DNA of 64,000 bases from Methanobacteriota archaeon (lineage in GTDB: Archaea; Thermoplasmatota; E2; DHVEG-1). The stretch lies in assembly GCA_963769885.1 (NCBI GenBank), contig CAVYNH010000007.1, positions 448,001-512,000 on the forward strand. Direction: 5' to 3'. The translations under genes were made by a program, and so were the position numbers. Shown piece by piece: positions 42,013 through 50,925 of this stretch. Each line of letters begins with the position of its first letter. Positions within the stretch are counted from its first letter, which is position 1. Under the pieces are notes generated by a model. The model searched no databases, was not told the origin of the DNA, and was given only the letters and a program-made list of their open reading frames with translations.

Positions 42013-44160
42013 ATGAGAAAGACGCCCATCCGACTCATCAGCATCAGCATCCTTGCCATCGCCCTGACCGTCACCCCCACCGGCGCCATGCCCGCCACAG
42101 GGAGATCCGGCGGAGATCGGGCCTTCACTACCTATGCGCAAATGACGACGGCGCTGCAGACCATCGCCTCTACCTACCCAGCCATCGCCCGCCTCTACGA
42201 CCTCGGCCACAGCATCCAAGGACGCGTCCTCTGGGGCCTGAAGATCACCGACAACCCCGACCTCGAGGAAGACGAACCCGAGGTCCGCATCTGCGGCAAC
42301 CACCACGGCAACGAGTACATGGGCGCCGAGATGCCCCTCATGCTCGCCCAGTACCTCACCAGCAACTACGGCATCATCCAGAATGTCACCAACCTCGTCG
42401 ACAACCGCGAGATCTGGCTCATCCCCATGGTCAACCCCGACGGCCACGAAATGGGCCAACGGGAAAACGCCAACGGCGTCGACCTCAACCGCGACTACGG
42501 CTACATGTGGGAGTCCGGCTGGGGCAGCCCCTCCGAGTTCTCCCAGCCTGAGACCCAGGCGATGCGCGCCAACGCCCTCGCCCACAACTACGTCCTCTCC
42601 CTCTCCTACCACACCTCCGGCAACATCGTCAACTACGTCTGGAACTACAAAGCCATGCGCGTCCCCGACCAGACCATGGTCCTGGCGCTCTCCAACGCCT
42701 TCGCCAGCCACAACGGCTACACCGTCATCGACGGCTACGACTGGTACCAGACCCGCGGCGACTGCAACGACTTCAGCTACGGCTGCCGCGGCGACATCGA
42801 CTGGACCATCGAGATCCAAAACAGCGACATCCCCGGCGCCTGGAACCTCAACCGCGACGCCATGCTCGGCATCATCGCCTCCGCCGACATCGGCCTGCGC
42901 GGCATCATCACCGACGCCAACACCGGCAAACCTCTCGACGCCACCGTCTACGTCGACAACGTCTACTGGCCCTGCCTCACCGACCCGGACGTCGGCGACT
43001 ACCACCGCATCCTCCCCCCCGGCACCTACACCGTCCACTACCGATCCAACGGCTACATCGAAGAGACACGCAGCGTCACCATCACCAGCGGCGCCCCCAC
43101 CGTGACGAACGTCCAGCTCACCCCCGGCGGCGACTACTACGCCCACCAGGTCACCCTCGTCAACTACTACGACCCCTACAACGCCCCGAACAACTTCCAG
43201 AACAACCCCACCGAGGCCATCGCCGCCCTCGACGCCCCCGACGGCAGCTGCGCCTCCCTCGGCGTCAACGGCTACATCGTCCTCGACATGGGCACCAACA
43301 TCACCGACGCCCCCAGCGCCCCCGACTTCAAAGTCTTCGAGGGGGAATCCACCCCCGACGGCTACCAGGTCTCCGTCGCCCAGCATTGGAACGGCCCCTG
43401 GAAGTCACTAGGCTCAGGGATGGGCGAGACCTCGTTCGACCTTCAGGGCTCCACCCTGGCCACCGCCAGATTCGTCAAGATCGTCGACGACGGCACGGGC
43501 AGCGCGACCGAGAACCATCCCGCAGCTGACATCGACGCTATCCAGAACCTCGCTCCTGAAATCTCGAACATGCCGCCGAACACCCCCAACGCACCCACTG
43601 GCCCGACCAACGGCGTCACCTACACGTCGTACACCTTCCAAGCGGTCGCCCCCGTCGACCCGGACGGCACCCTCGTCTACCTCCGCTGGTCCTACGGGGA
43701 CAACACCTCGGGATGGTCCGGCCCGTACACCCCCGGCCAGCACGTCGAGGCAAGCCACCTGTGGACCACGCCGGGCGTCTTCGACGTCAAAGTGCAGGCG
43801 AAGGACCTGAACGGCTCGGTGAGCGGCTACTCGGCTCCCCTCTCCGTGACCATCGAGGAACAGCCCCAACTGGTCATCACGGCGATGCATGGTGGCATCG
43901 GGCTGACGCTCACAGTCCATAACCAGGGAGACCAGAACCTCACCAATGTAGGCTGGTCCGTGTCATTCAGCGGCCTAGTCTTCATCGCGAAGGGCACGAG
44001 CGGGCACATCGCCACGCTTCCTGCCGGCCAGAACGCGACCGTTCGTACAGGACTGATTGCGGGCCTTGGGAAAACCGACGTTTCCATCAGCGTCGGGGAC
44101 GCAATCGAACAAGCCAGCGGGTTCCTTCTCGGGCCATTCCTCATCAATGTTAGAAGTTAG
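42013..44160 (+). CDS. Secreted M14 zinc carboxypeptidase with PKD and C-terminal beta domain
   Basis: HHGNE, NPDG, RENANGVDLNRDY, SQPET and LSYH. Confidence 0.92.
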   Translation: MRKTPIRLISISILAIALTVTPTGAMPATGRSGGDRAFTTYAQMTTALQTIASTYPAIARLYDLGHSIQGRVLWGLKITDNPDLEEDEPEVRICGNHHGNEYMGAEMPLMLAQYLTSNYGIIQNVTNLVDNREIWLIPMVNPDGHEMGQRENANGVDLNRDYGYMWESGWGSPSEFSQPETQAMRANALAHNYVLSLSYHTSGNIVNYVWNYKAMRVPDQTMVLALSNAFASHNGYTVIDGYDWYQTRGDCNDFSYGCRGDIDWTIEIQNSDIPGAWNLNRDAMLGIIASADIGLRGIITDANTGKPLDATVYVDNVYWPCLTDPDVGDYHRILPPGTYTVHYRSNGYIEETRSVTITSGAPTVTNVQLTPGGDYYAHQVTLVNYYDPYNAPNNFQNNPTEAIAALDAPDGSCASLGVNGYIVLDMGTNITDAPSAPDFKVFEGESTPDGYQVSVAQHWNGPWKSLGSGMGETSFDLQGSTLATARFVKIVDDGTGSATENHPAADIDAIQNLAPEISNMPPNTPNAPTGPTNGVTYTSYTFQAVAPVDPDGTLVYLRWSYGDNTSGWSGPYTPGQHVEASHLWTTPGVFDVKVQAKDLNGSVSGYSAPLSVTIEEQPQLVITAMHGGIGLTLTVHNQGDQNLTNVGWSVSFSGLVFIAKGTSGHIATLPAGQNATVRTGLIAGLGKTDVSISVGDAIEQASGFLLGPFLINVRS

Positions 44161-44176
44161 AAAAAAGATTGACCAT

Positions 44177-44368
44177 GGATTGATTTTGAAGCGTGACTTC
44201 AATGGTACGGTGGCGTTGGCGGGGAATGGGTCTGAGACGCTCACCTTACGGTCTATCTTAGGCTTCGGGTCGGTGTACGTCACCGTGTCTGCGTAGGCGC
44301 CTGGGATTGCGCCGTTGGAGAAGAAGATCCAGGCTGTCGTGCTCCTGGTCTTTGTGAAGGTCCTGTAA
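44177..44368 (+). pseudogene. Orphan remnant of the shared protease C-terminal domain
   Basis: Reads GLILKRDFNGTVAL...ILGFGSVYVTVSA*APG...KKIQAVVLLVFVKVL*, with no start and an internal TAG. Confidence 0.55.
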
Positions 44369-44420
44369 GGAGAGCCTCCCTCCTCTTTTTTCTTTGTCTC
44401 TTTTTTTAGTTCTGGTGGTT

Positions 44421-45416
44421 CTAGTAGGTGCGGGTGACGCTGTACTCGGCGAGGGCGGCGAGGATGTCTTTGCTTTCGGAGGGTTTGAGGGTGTCGAGGC
44501 AGCGTTTCGCCTGTTCCTGGTAGTCTTGGAGCTTCTGGGTGGCGTAGTCGATGGAGCCGAGGGTGTGGAAGAGGGTGATGGCTTGCTGGACTTTAACGGG
44601 GGTGGTTTTGGGGTTGCCGATGATGTTGAGGAGGGTGCGGCGTTGTCTGGCGTCGGCTTGGGTGAGGGCGTGGACGAGCATGAGGGTGCGTTTGCCGTTG
44701 AGGATGTCGCTGCCGAGTTGTTGTTTGCCGAGGCGGGATTGGTCGGGGAGGATGTTGAGGAGGTCGTCTTTGATTTGGAACATGAGTCCGAAGAGGAGGC
44801 CGTAGCGGGTGAGGGCGTCGATTTGTTGGCGGCTGCCTTTGCCGATGAGGGCGCCGCAGTGGCCGGCGAGTTGGTAGAGTTGTCCTGTTTTTTTCTCGAT
44901 CATGATGAGGTATTCGGGGATGGTGACGTCGAGGCGGTGCATGAATTCGATGTCGAGGGCTTCGCCTTCGTAGAAGTTTTTGGCGGTGTCGGCGATGGCG
45001 CGGATGATCTCCTTGTAGGTGGTGGATTGGAGTTCGGGGGGTGCCATGTAGGAGAGCATGCGGTAGGTTTCGCCGATGAGGGCGTCGCCGGCGATGATAG
45101 CGAGGGGGATGCCGTAGCGTTCGTGGGTGGTGGGGAGTCCGCGTCGCCAGCGGTCGTTGTCGATGATGTCGTCGTGGATGAGAGTGGAGTTGTGGAGGTA
45201 TTCGAGGGCGACGCCGAGGGGGATGGTGTTTTCGGGGACGCCACCGACGGCTTCGCAGGCGAGCATGGCGAGGGTGGGGCGGAGGCGTTTGCCGCCGGAG
45301 AGGGGGATGTAGCGGATGGCTTCGTAGAGGATGGCGGGTTGGCGGGCGGCGAGGTTGCCGTTGAGGGCTCTGTCGAAGGTTTTGGCGCGTTCTTTGAGGA
45401 TGTCTTCGAGGTCCAT
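44421..45416 (-). CDS. idsA: Polyprenyl (geranylgeranyl) diphosphate synthase
   Basis: GGKRLRP, HDDIIDND..RRG, KT and FQIKDDLL. Confidence 0.92.
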   Translation of the reverse strand: MDLEDILKERAKTFDRALNGNLAARQPAILYEAIRYIPLSGGKRLRPTLAMLACEAVGGVPENTIPLGVALEYLHNSTLIHDDIIDNDRWRRGLPTTHERYGIPLAIIAGDALIGETYRMLSYMAPPELQSTTYKEIIRAIADTAKNFYEGEALDIEFMHRLDVTIPEYLIMIEKKTGQLYQLAGHCGALIGKGSRQQIDALTRYGLLFGLMFQIKDDLLNILPDQSRLGKQQLGSDILNGKRTLMLVHALTQADARQRRTLLNIIGNPKTTPVKVQQAITLFHTLGSIDYATQKLQDYQEQAKRCLDTLKPSESKDILAALAEYSVTRTY

Positions 45417-45447
45417 GGGGGTGGTCCTGTGGTGGTTTTCTTGGTGG

Positions 45448-45933
45448 TTAGCCGATGACGAGGTGGATGTCGGCGTCGGCGGCGATGCCGAGGAATTCGG
45501 TCATGCGGATGATTTTAACGTTGTCGAGGAGTTTGCGTTCGGGGATGCCGGCGGAGAGCATGGAGGTGTAGCAGGCGTAGAAGTGGACGCCCATGTCTTT
45601 GGCTTGGTACATGAGGTGGGCGAGGACGGAGCCGCCGCGGCGTTTGATGATGTTTTCTTTCCATCCGATGGGGGCTTCGCCCCAGCGGGCGCGGCGTGGT
45701 TTGTAGGATTTGGTGATGATGTTGATGCCGCGGGAGGTGAAGAAGAGGGAGACGGTCATGCCCATTTCGATGGCGGCGACGCTGATGTTGAAGGCGGTGA
45801 GGGCTTTGTCGTAGGTGTCTTCGGTGACGATGACGGTGAGGGACCCTGGTTTTTTGGCGAGGGGGCGTTTCATTGTTTTTTCGTATTCTTTTCGGAGTGT
45901 GGCCTTGGCTTGCTCTTTGGTGGTGGGTCCCAT
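45448..45933 (-). CDS. DsrE/DsrF/DrsH-like protein
   Basis: A...GMTVSLFFT..G and GVHFYAC..SM. Confidence 0.8.
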   Translation of the reverse strand: MGPTTKEQAKATLRKEYEKTMKRPLAKKPGSLTVIVTEDTYDKALTAFNISVAAIEMGMTVSLFFTSRGINIITKSYKPRRARWGEAPIGWKENIIKRRGGSVLAHLMYQAKDMGVHFYACYTSMLSAGIPERKLLDNVKIIRMTEFLGIAADADIHLVIG

Positions 45934-46088
45934 TGGTATTGTAGTAGGTGGGTTCCTCTAGATAAATTTTTGTTCATTTTTTGGGTTTATCAGGGGTGGT
46001 TGATGGTCCTTGGAGGGAGCCGGAAGGGGGGTTGGGAGGGCAAAATATTAATATATAGGAAGTCTAGATATTTTTATCGGGAGGCGGC

Positions 46089-48416
46089 ATGTTAGCCTGG
46101 AATGCCTTATCTTGGGATACGATTCTGCTGATTATTGCGTTAGCCTTGCTGATTCCGACGTTGCTGGCCGTGGTGTTTGCTCGGATCCGGCGGTTTGAGG
46201 ACCTGGGGGCCACTATCGGAGTGTTCTTGTTGGTGTTGGGGTTGGTGGCGTATTTTTATTTGATTCCGACGACGATTGTGGGGCAGGCGACGCTGCCGCA
46301 GGATTATTTGTGGCAGGATGAGGGGGCGGTTCATTACTGGGAGCGGAACAGTGTGCTGTTGCATCCCAGTGGGGGCAGTGTGCTGCCGTTTGAGCTGGTG
46401 GAGTTGGCCGCGAAGCGGATGCCGATTGACCGGAATTTCCTGGGTCGTGAGACGATTCTGGTGTGTTCGTCGGATGCGAAAGCCCATTCGGCGTTGATCC
46501 ATGATGCGGTGTATGATGACCAAGGGGAGGTGTTGGAGGTCATCAATGGGACGCAGCGGGTCAGCGAGTGGTATCAGGTTGATCCGCATACGAGCAGTCT
46601 GCGGTTCACGGATGTGGACGCGGGCAGCATGGGGATCCCGGCGGGGGTCCGGGAGGTGAATACGGTCCTGGTGGGCTGGGTCGAGTCCAACGGGGAACCG
46701 CAGGGGGCGGAGAACGTCGTGTTTGTCCGTCAGATGCATCGGATCCAGCAGGGGGTGGTGGATGGGATGGATTTGGATGTGTGGCAGTCGGAGACGTTCA
46801 ATCGGCCGATCACGTGGCATGGTGAGCCGTATTTCTGTGATGAGACGCTGCGGTTGACGGTGCATCCGCAGACCGGGTATGTCGTCCATGTGTACCGTCA
46901 TCTGGTGCTCTCCGCGCATCTGTCTCAGTTCTTGGAGCTGTATTATCCGCAGGCATTGGAGTCTCGGGTGGTGCAGCGGTATCTGAAGTTAAATGATCCG
47001 ATCGGGGAGGCGGCGGAGCTGACGTATAATACAACGACGGCGTCGCAGGCGCGGCATCTCGTGGAGGCCGGGGATATCTATAATCTCATCGTCTATATTC
47101 CCCCGTTGATTTGCGTGCCGATGCTGCTTATCGGGCTGTCGCTGGTGTGGCGGTATAGCGGGCGCAGCTATTACTGGAAGCGGTACAAGAAATACGAGCA
47201 AGAGCGGGGGCCTGAGCCGGTCAAGCGTCGGTGGTCGGCGGGTCGAGTCCTTGCGGTGATTGGCGTTTGTGCCGTCTTGATCTCGACTGGGTATTTCGTG
47301 GTGTTGCAGCATCGTCCGTCGACTGAAATCACGACGGCGGCCGTGGCTCCGGCGCCGTTGGATGACGGGATTCCGCCGACGCCGCCAGGGAGCTCCCGGA
47401 TGATTGACTCGGGGCGGCATGTCTTGGTCCCGACGGACGAGGGGGCGCATCCGCTCAGCCATCGTGAATGGTGGTACTTCAACGTCTACTTCAACGATGC
47501 GGGGAGCGGGTTGTTCAACTATACCTTGGTCGTGAGTTTCAACAAGATGTCGTTTAATGATATCCGGTTCTTGAAGCGTGATAATTTCTTCATCATCCTG
47601 TACGACCCAGCGGGCACCTCGTATAGTTACAATACGTTGAACCAGCGGCGTGGGACGCTGAAGGCTGGCATGAACGGCGTCTCGGTCGAGTTCAAGGACA
47701 GCTCAGCGAACGGCACGTATCCGGCGTGGCGGCTGCATGCGAACAATGCGGGGGGGATCCAGGTCGATTTGGAGTATCTCGCGGATTTCCTACCGGTATG
47801 GGTCGAGGGGCGGAGTGCGAACCTCGCGTTCGCGAAGAACCTCTCCGGGGACTATTACGTGCCTCGGTGTCGCGTCTCGGGGACGGTGGTGTGGTCCGGG
47901 AAGACCTATAATGTGAGCGGCATCGGGTATCATGACCATGTCTGGGAGGGGGCGTTGCCTCGTCTGATCACGAAGGGGTGGGATTGGGCGAACCTGCATT
48001 TCGACAATGGCTGGGAGATGTATCTGTCGAAGTTTATTTTGCGGACGCCGGGGAATTTCTATTCCGGGGCGGTCATTCTGTCGCCGAACAATCGGAATCT
48101 GACCGAGTTTTCGAAGTACGATCTGTCGGTGACGAAGTTCGCTCGGGCGAAGAATCTGCCGTTCATGCGGTACCCGGTCGCGTATCATCTGGTAGGGATG
48201 CGTGACGGGATGAACCTCACCCTAGACATCGAGGTGACGAATGTCTGTGAGATTACGTGGAAGTTCGCTCGGACAGGCATGTTTGAGGGGACCTGCCGGG
48301 TGTCCGGGCGGTTCTCGTGGCCCGGGTATTCGGTGGAGCTGCACGGCTTCGGCCTCTCCGAGGTCACGCGGGTCAAGTACCTCCTGGGGCTGCCTGGGGT
48401 GCTGCGTCCGATATAG
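46089..48416 (+). CDS. Membrane protein with DUF3068-like domain and C-terminal AttH/CrtC lipocalin-like domain
   Basis: TM segments and V.P.TG.VV motif. C-terminal EWWYF, GYHDHVW, GWDW and YP. Confidence 0.65.
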   Translation: MLAWNALSWDTILLIIALALLIPTLLAVVFARIRRFEDLGATIGVFLLVLGLVAYFYLIPTTIVGQATLPQDYLWQDEGAVHYWERNSVLLHPSGGSVLPFELVELAAKRMPIDRNFLGRETILVCSSDAKAHSALIHDAVYDDQGEVLEVINGTQRVSEWYQVDPHTSSLRFTDVDAGSMGIPAGVREVNTVLVGWVESNGEPQGAENVVFVRQMHRIQQGVVDGMDLDVWQSETFNRPITWHGEPYFCDETLRLTVHPQTGYVVHVYRHLVLSAHLSQFLELYYPQALESRVVQRYLKLNDPIGEAAELTYNTTTASQARHLVEAGDIYNLIVYIPPLICVPMLLIGLSLVWRYSGRSYYWKRYKKYEQERGPEPVKRRWSAGRVLAVIGVCAVLISTGYFVVLQHRPSTEITTAAVAPAPLDDGIPPTPPGSSRMIDSGRHVLVPTDEGAHPLSHREWWYFNVYFNDAGSGLFNYTLVVSFNKMSFNDIRFLKRDNFFIILYDPAGTSYSYNTLNQRRGTLKAGMNGVSVEFKDSSANGTYPAWRLHANNAGGIQVDLEYLADFLPVWVEGRSANLAFAKNLSGDYYVPRCRVSGTVVWSGKTYNVSGIGYHDHVWEGALPRLITKGWDWANLHFDNGWEMYLSKFILRTPGNFYSGAVILSPNNRNLTEFSKYDLSVTKFARAKNLPFMRYPVAYHLVGMRDGMNLTLDIEVTNVCEITWKFARTGMFEGTCRVSGRFSWPGYSVELHGFGLSEVTRVKYLLGLPGVLRPI

Positions 48417-48523
48417 GCCGTACCCTCCCAAGTCATCCCTTCATTTCATGAGCAGTTTTTCACCTGGAGGGAGAGGTTTGGGCCGTCGCATCTTTAAGTG
48501 ATGGTGACATTAGGTTTCTTGCC

Positions 48524-49384
48524 ATGCGGCACGATTTTGGCTTGGACAAGCCATCGAGAACGGAGGTTGAGGCTCTGCTTCATCGGGTGTTGCCGTTCTT
48601 CGAGGCCGAGCCGCCCCTCATCAACATCCAGGGGTCGGTGGCGTTCGCGGGGGATACACACGGTGACGTGGCGACGACGACCGCGATCCTGGATAGGTTC
48701 AGGGATGCCGACCGGCTCGTGTTCCTGGGTGACTATATCGACCGCGAGCCGGAGCCGGGCTGGTCTCTTGAGAATATCGTGACCTTGTTTGAGGCGAAAC
48801 TACGCTATCCCGAGAAGATCATCCTGCTGAAGGGTAACCATGAGGCGAACAGCATCATCCCATGCTTCCCCTTTGAGTTCGGACGCGAGGTCGCCGAAGC
48901 CTATGGCGCGGGTGTGGCTGAAGCCTTGACCAGGGTTTTCAATGCTCTCCCCTTGATGGTTCTCGGTCAGGGAATCTTCGGGGCTCACGGCGGATTCCCG
49001 GTCGATACGACAGTGAATGAGCTGCGGGCGGCGGGGAAAACCGACCGAGACGTTCTGGAGTACCTCCTGTGGAGCGACCCGGTGGTCTCCGGAACGTTCC
49101 GCGGGGTCGGCGGCCTGTTCACCGCGGACGAGCTGCATCGGTTCCTCGGGCGGATCGGGGCGTCGGTCTTCATCCGTGGCCATGATTACGAGCGGCTGGG
49201 GGAGTCGATCTACGATGATACGTGCCTGACGATCTTCTCTGCACGGCAGTATCAGACCCGGGGAAACGGGGGGATTCTGGTCGCGAAGACCTCAAAACCG
49301 GTGCACCATGCAAGCGAGCTGCAGGTGGAGGATTTCTCAACGGGGCAATGGCGGCCATACATCATAAACGTCACTGACCTATGA
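48524..49384 (+). CDS. PPP-family Ser/Thr protein phosphatase
   Basis: GDTHGD, GDYIDR, GNHE, HGG, LWSDP and RGH. Confidence 0.9.
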   Translation: MRHDFGLDKPSRTEVEALLHRVLPFFEAEPPLINIQGSVAFAGDTHGDVATTTAILDRFRDADRLVFLGDYIDREPEPGWSLENIVTLFEAKLRYPEKIILLKGNHEANSIIPCFPFEFGREVAEAYGAGVAEALTRVFNALPLMVLGQGIFGAHGGFPVDTTVNELRAAGKTDRDVLEYLLWSDPVVSGTFRGVGGLFTADELHRFLGRIGASVFIRGHDYERLGESIYDDTCLTIFSARQYQTRGNGGILVAKTSKPVHHASELQVEDFSTGQWRPYIINVTDL

Positions 49385-49454
49385 TGGTCTCGTAGCGTGC
49401 GAAAGGGATAATAAAAGGTGTGTATGTGGTTCCCCTTTTCAATACGCCTTCGGT

Positions 49455-50726
49455 CTACCCGAAGCAGTACAGGACCCCGGCGTTGCGGATGATGCCCTCG
49501 CAGACGCCGTAATACACCTTGCCGTCAGCGACCGCAGGCGAGGAGAAATACACACGGCACGGGAGCCGACAGCTCCATACGCGCTGCCCTGTCGAGGCAT
49601 CAAGGCAAAGGAACAACCCTCCCATGAGGAGGCGGTTCGTGCCGATGAAGACTTTTCCGCCGGCGACGGCAGGAGACGCATCCGACCCGTGGGCAATGCC
49701 ACGGAGAGCATACGACCATAGCACAGAGCCGGTTTCAGCATTCAGGCAGTAGACCGTCCCATTCCGCCCCCAGGTTCCCAGGTAGAGTCTCCCGTCAGTA
49801 ACGGCTGGCGAGCTTCGGTCGATCATCCGCAGCCCTGAGGCATTGTTTCTCCAAATCAAGGTCCCATTCGTGGCATTCCAGCAATAGACCCCCCCGTTGG
49901 CCCCTGAGCGGGAGGCCTGACAGCCGCAGTAGAGCTTCCCTGAGACCACGGTTGGAGCACAGTAGACGGGACCGACCATGGTCCTGTTCCACTGGGTCCC
50001 GCCGTCGCTGACATCCAAGCAGTAGATGTTCCCGGCGGCCGTCGTCACGTACACAGAGTCGCCAGCGACGCACACCGGGGAGTGAATGTATCCAGAGACA
50101 TTGGAAGTATTCCAGCGTTCCTCACCAGTCGATGCATTGAGGCAGAGGACGACGCCTTGGTCAGGACGGCAGCCGCCGACATAGAGCCAGCCGTCGACGA
50201 CGCATGGTCCTCCTTCGACGTAGATGCTCCCGGGGTATCGCCAGACGAGGTCGCCGGTCGCCGCATCCAGACAGTCAATCTCCCCGAGGCCATCCGTGCG
50301 GTAATCCTGAAGGCGCGCCCAGTTGCCCGTCCCCACATATACCCGCCCGTTCTCATACACCGGGTTGGCGTACACTGAGGAGTTGATGGGCGCAAACGTC
50401 CATTGGACCGCGCCTGTGCCGGCGTCAAGGGACAGCAGCCGGCCTTGCCAGCCGGTCTTCGATGATCCCAGAGAGCCGACGAAGACACTGCCGTTGGCGA
50501 CGATGGGCGAGGTGAACCCGCCGCTGTCGCCTTGATACTTCCACAGAACCTTCTTCGTACTCGGTGCCGTCGACGTCGAGACGCCGCTGTTCCCAGAGTC
50601 ATGGTGGAACTTCGGCCACCAGTCGACCTGGCTCGGCTGCGATCCTGCCTTTCCAATGGTTGAGAGAAGCCCAGTTGGGACAACGAAAAGAACGACGACA
50701 AACAGCACGACGATCCGCGCACGCAT
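49455..50726 (-). CDS. Secreted PQQ-like beta-propeller protein
   Basis: Signal peptide, WPKFHHD and repeated CLNA.TG...W / SSPAV blades. Confidence 0.85.
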   Translation of the reverse strand: MRARIVVLFVVVLFVVPTGLLSTIGKAGSQPSQVDWWPKFHHDSGNSGVSTSTAPSTKKVLWKYQGDSGGFTSPIVANGSVFVGSLGSSKTGWQGRLLSLDAGTGAVQWTFAPINSSVYANPVYENGRVYVGTGNWARLQDYRTDGLGEIDCLDAATGDLVWRYPGSIYVEGGPCVVDGWLYVGGCRPDQGVVLCLNASTGEERWNTSNVSGYIHSPVCVAGDSVYVTTAAGNIYCLDVSDGGTQWNRTMVGPVYCAPTVVSGKLYCGCQASRSGANGGVYCWNATNGTLIWRNNASGLRMIDRSSPAVTDGRLYLGTWGRNGTVYCLNAETGSVLWSYALRGIAHGSDASPAVAGGKVFIGTNRLLMGGLFLCLDASTGQRVWSCRLPCRVYFSSPAVADGKVYYGVCEGIIRNAGVLYCFG

Positions 50727-50925
50727 TAGACGACGCCTCCTTGGGCTCCCAACACCTACCCTCTATTTATTTTTTATGCCACGCACCCCATAAAAGTACA
50801 AAAAAAAGAGCACGACGCCAACCGACGGCCACCCCTTCAAAAAAACAAGTCAACCCCTCCTGACTCTAGAAAACAGGTATAAACAAGTTCAGACTAATAA
50901 GATACCCGCAAAGGACCCACCGACC

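Noticed and set aside
44294-44296. In-frame TAG as a pyrrolysine codon
   Set aside because: It lies in a start-less fragment and no pyl genes are visible; decay is the simpler explanation.
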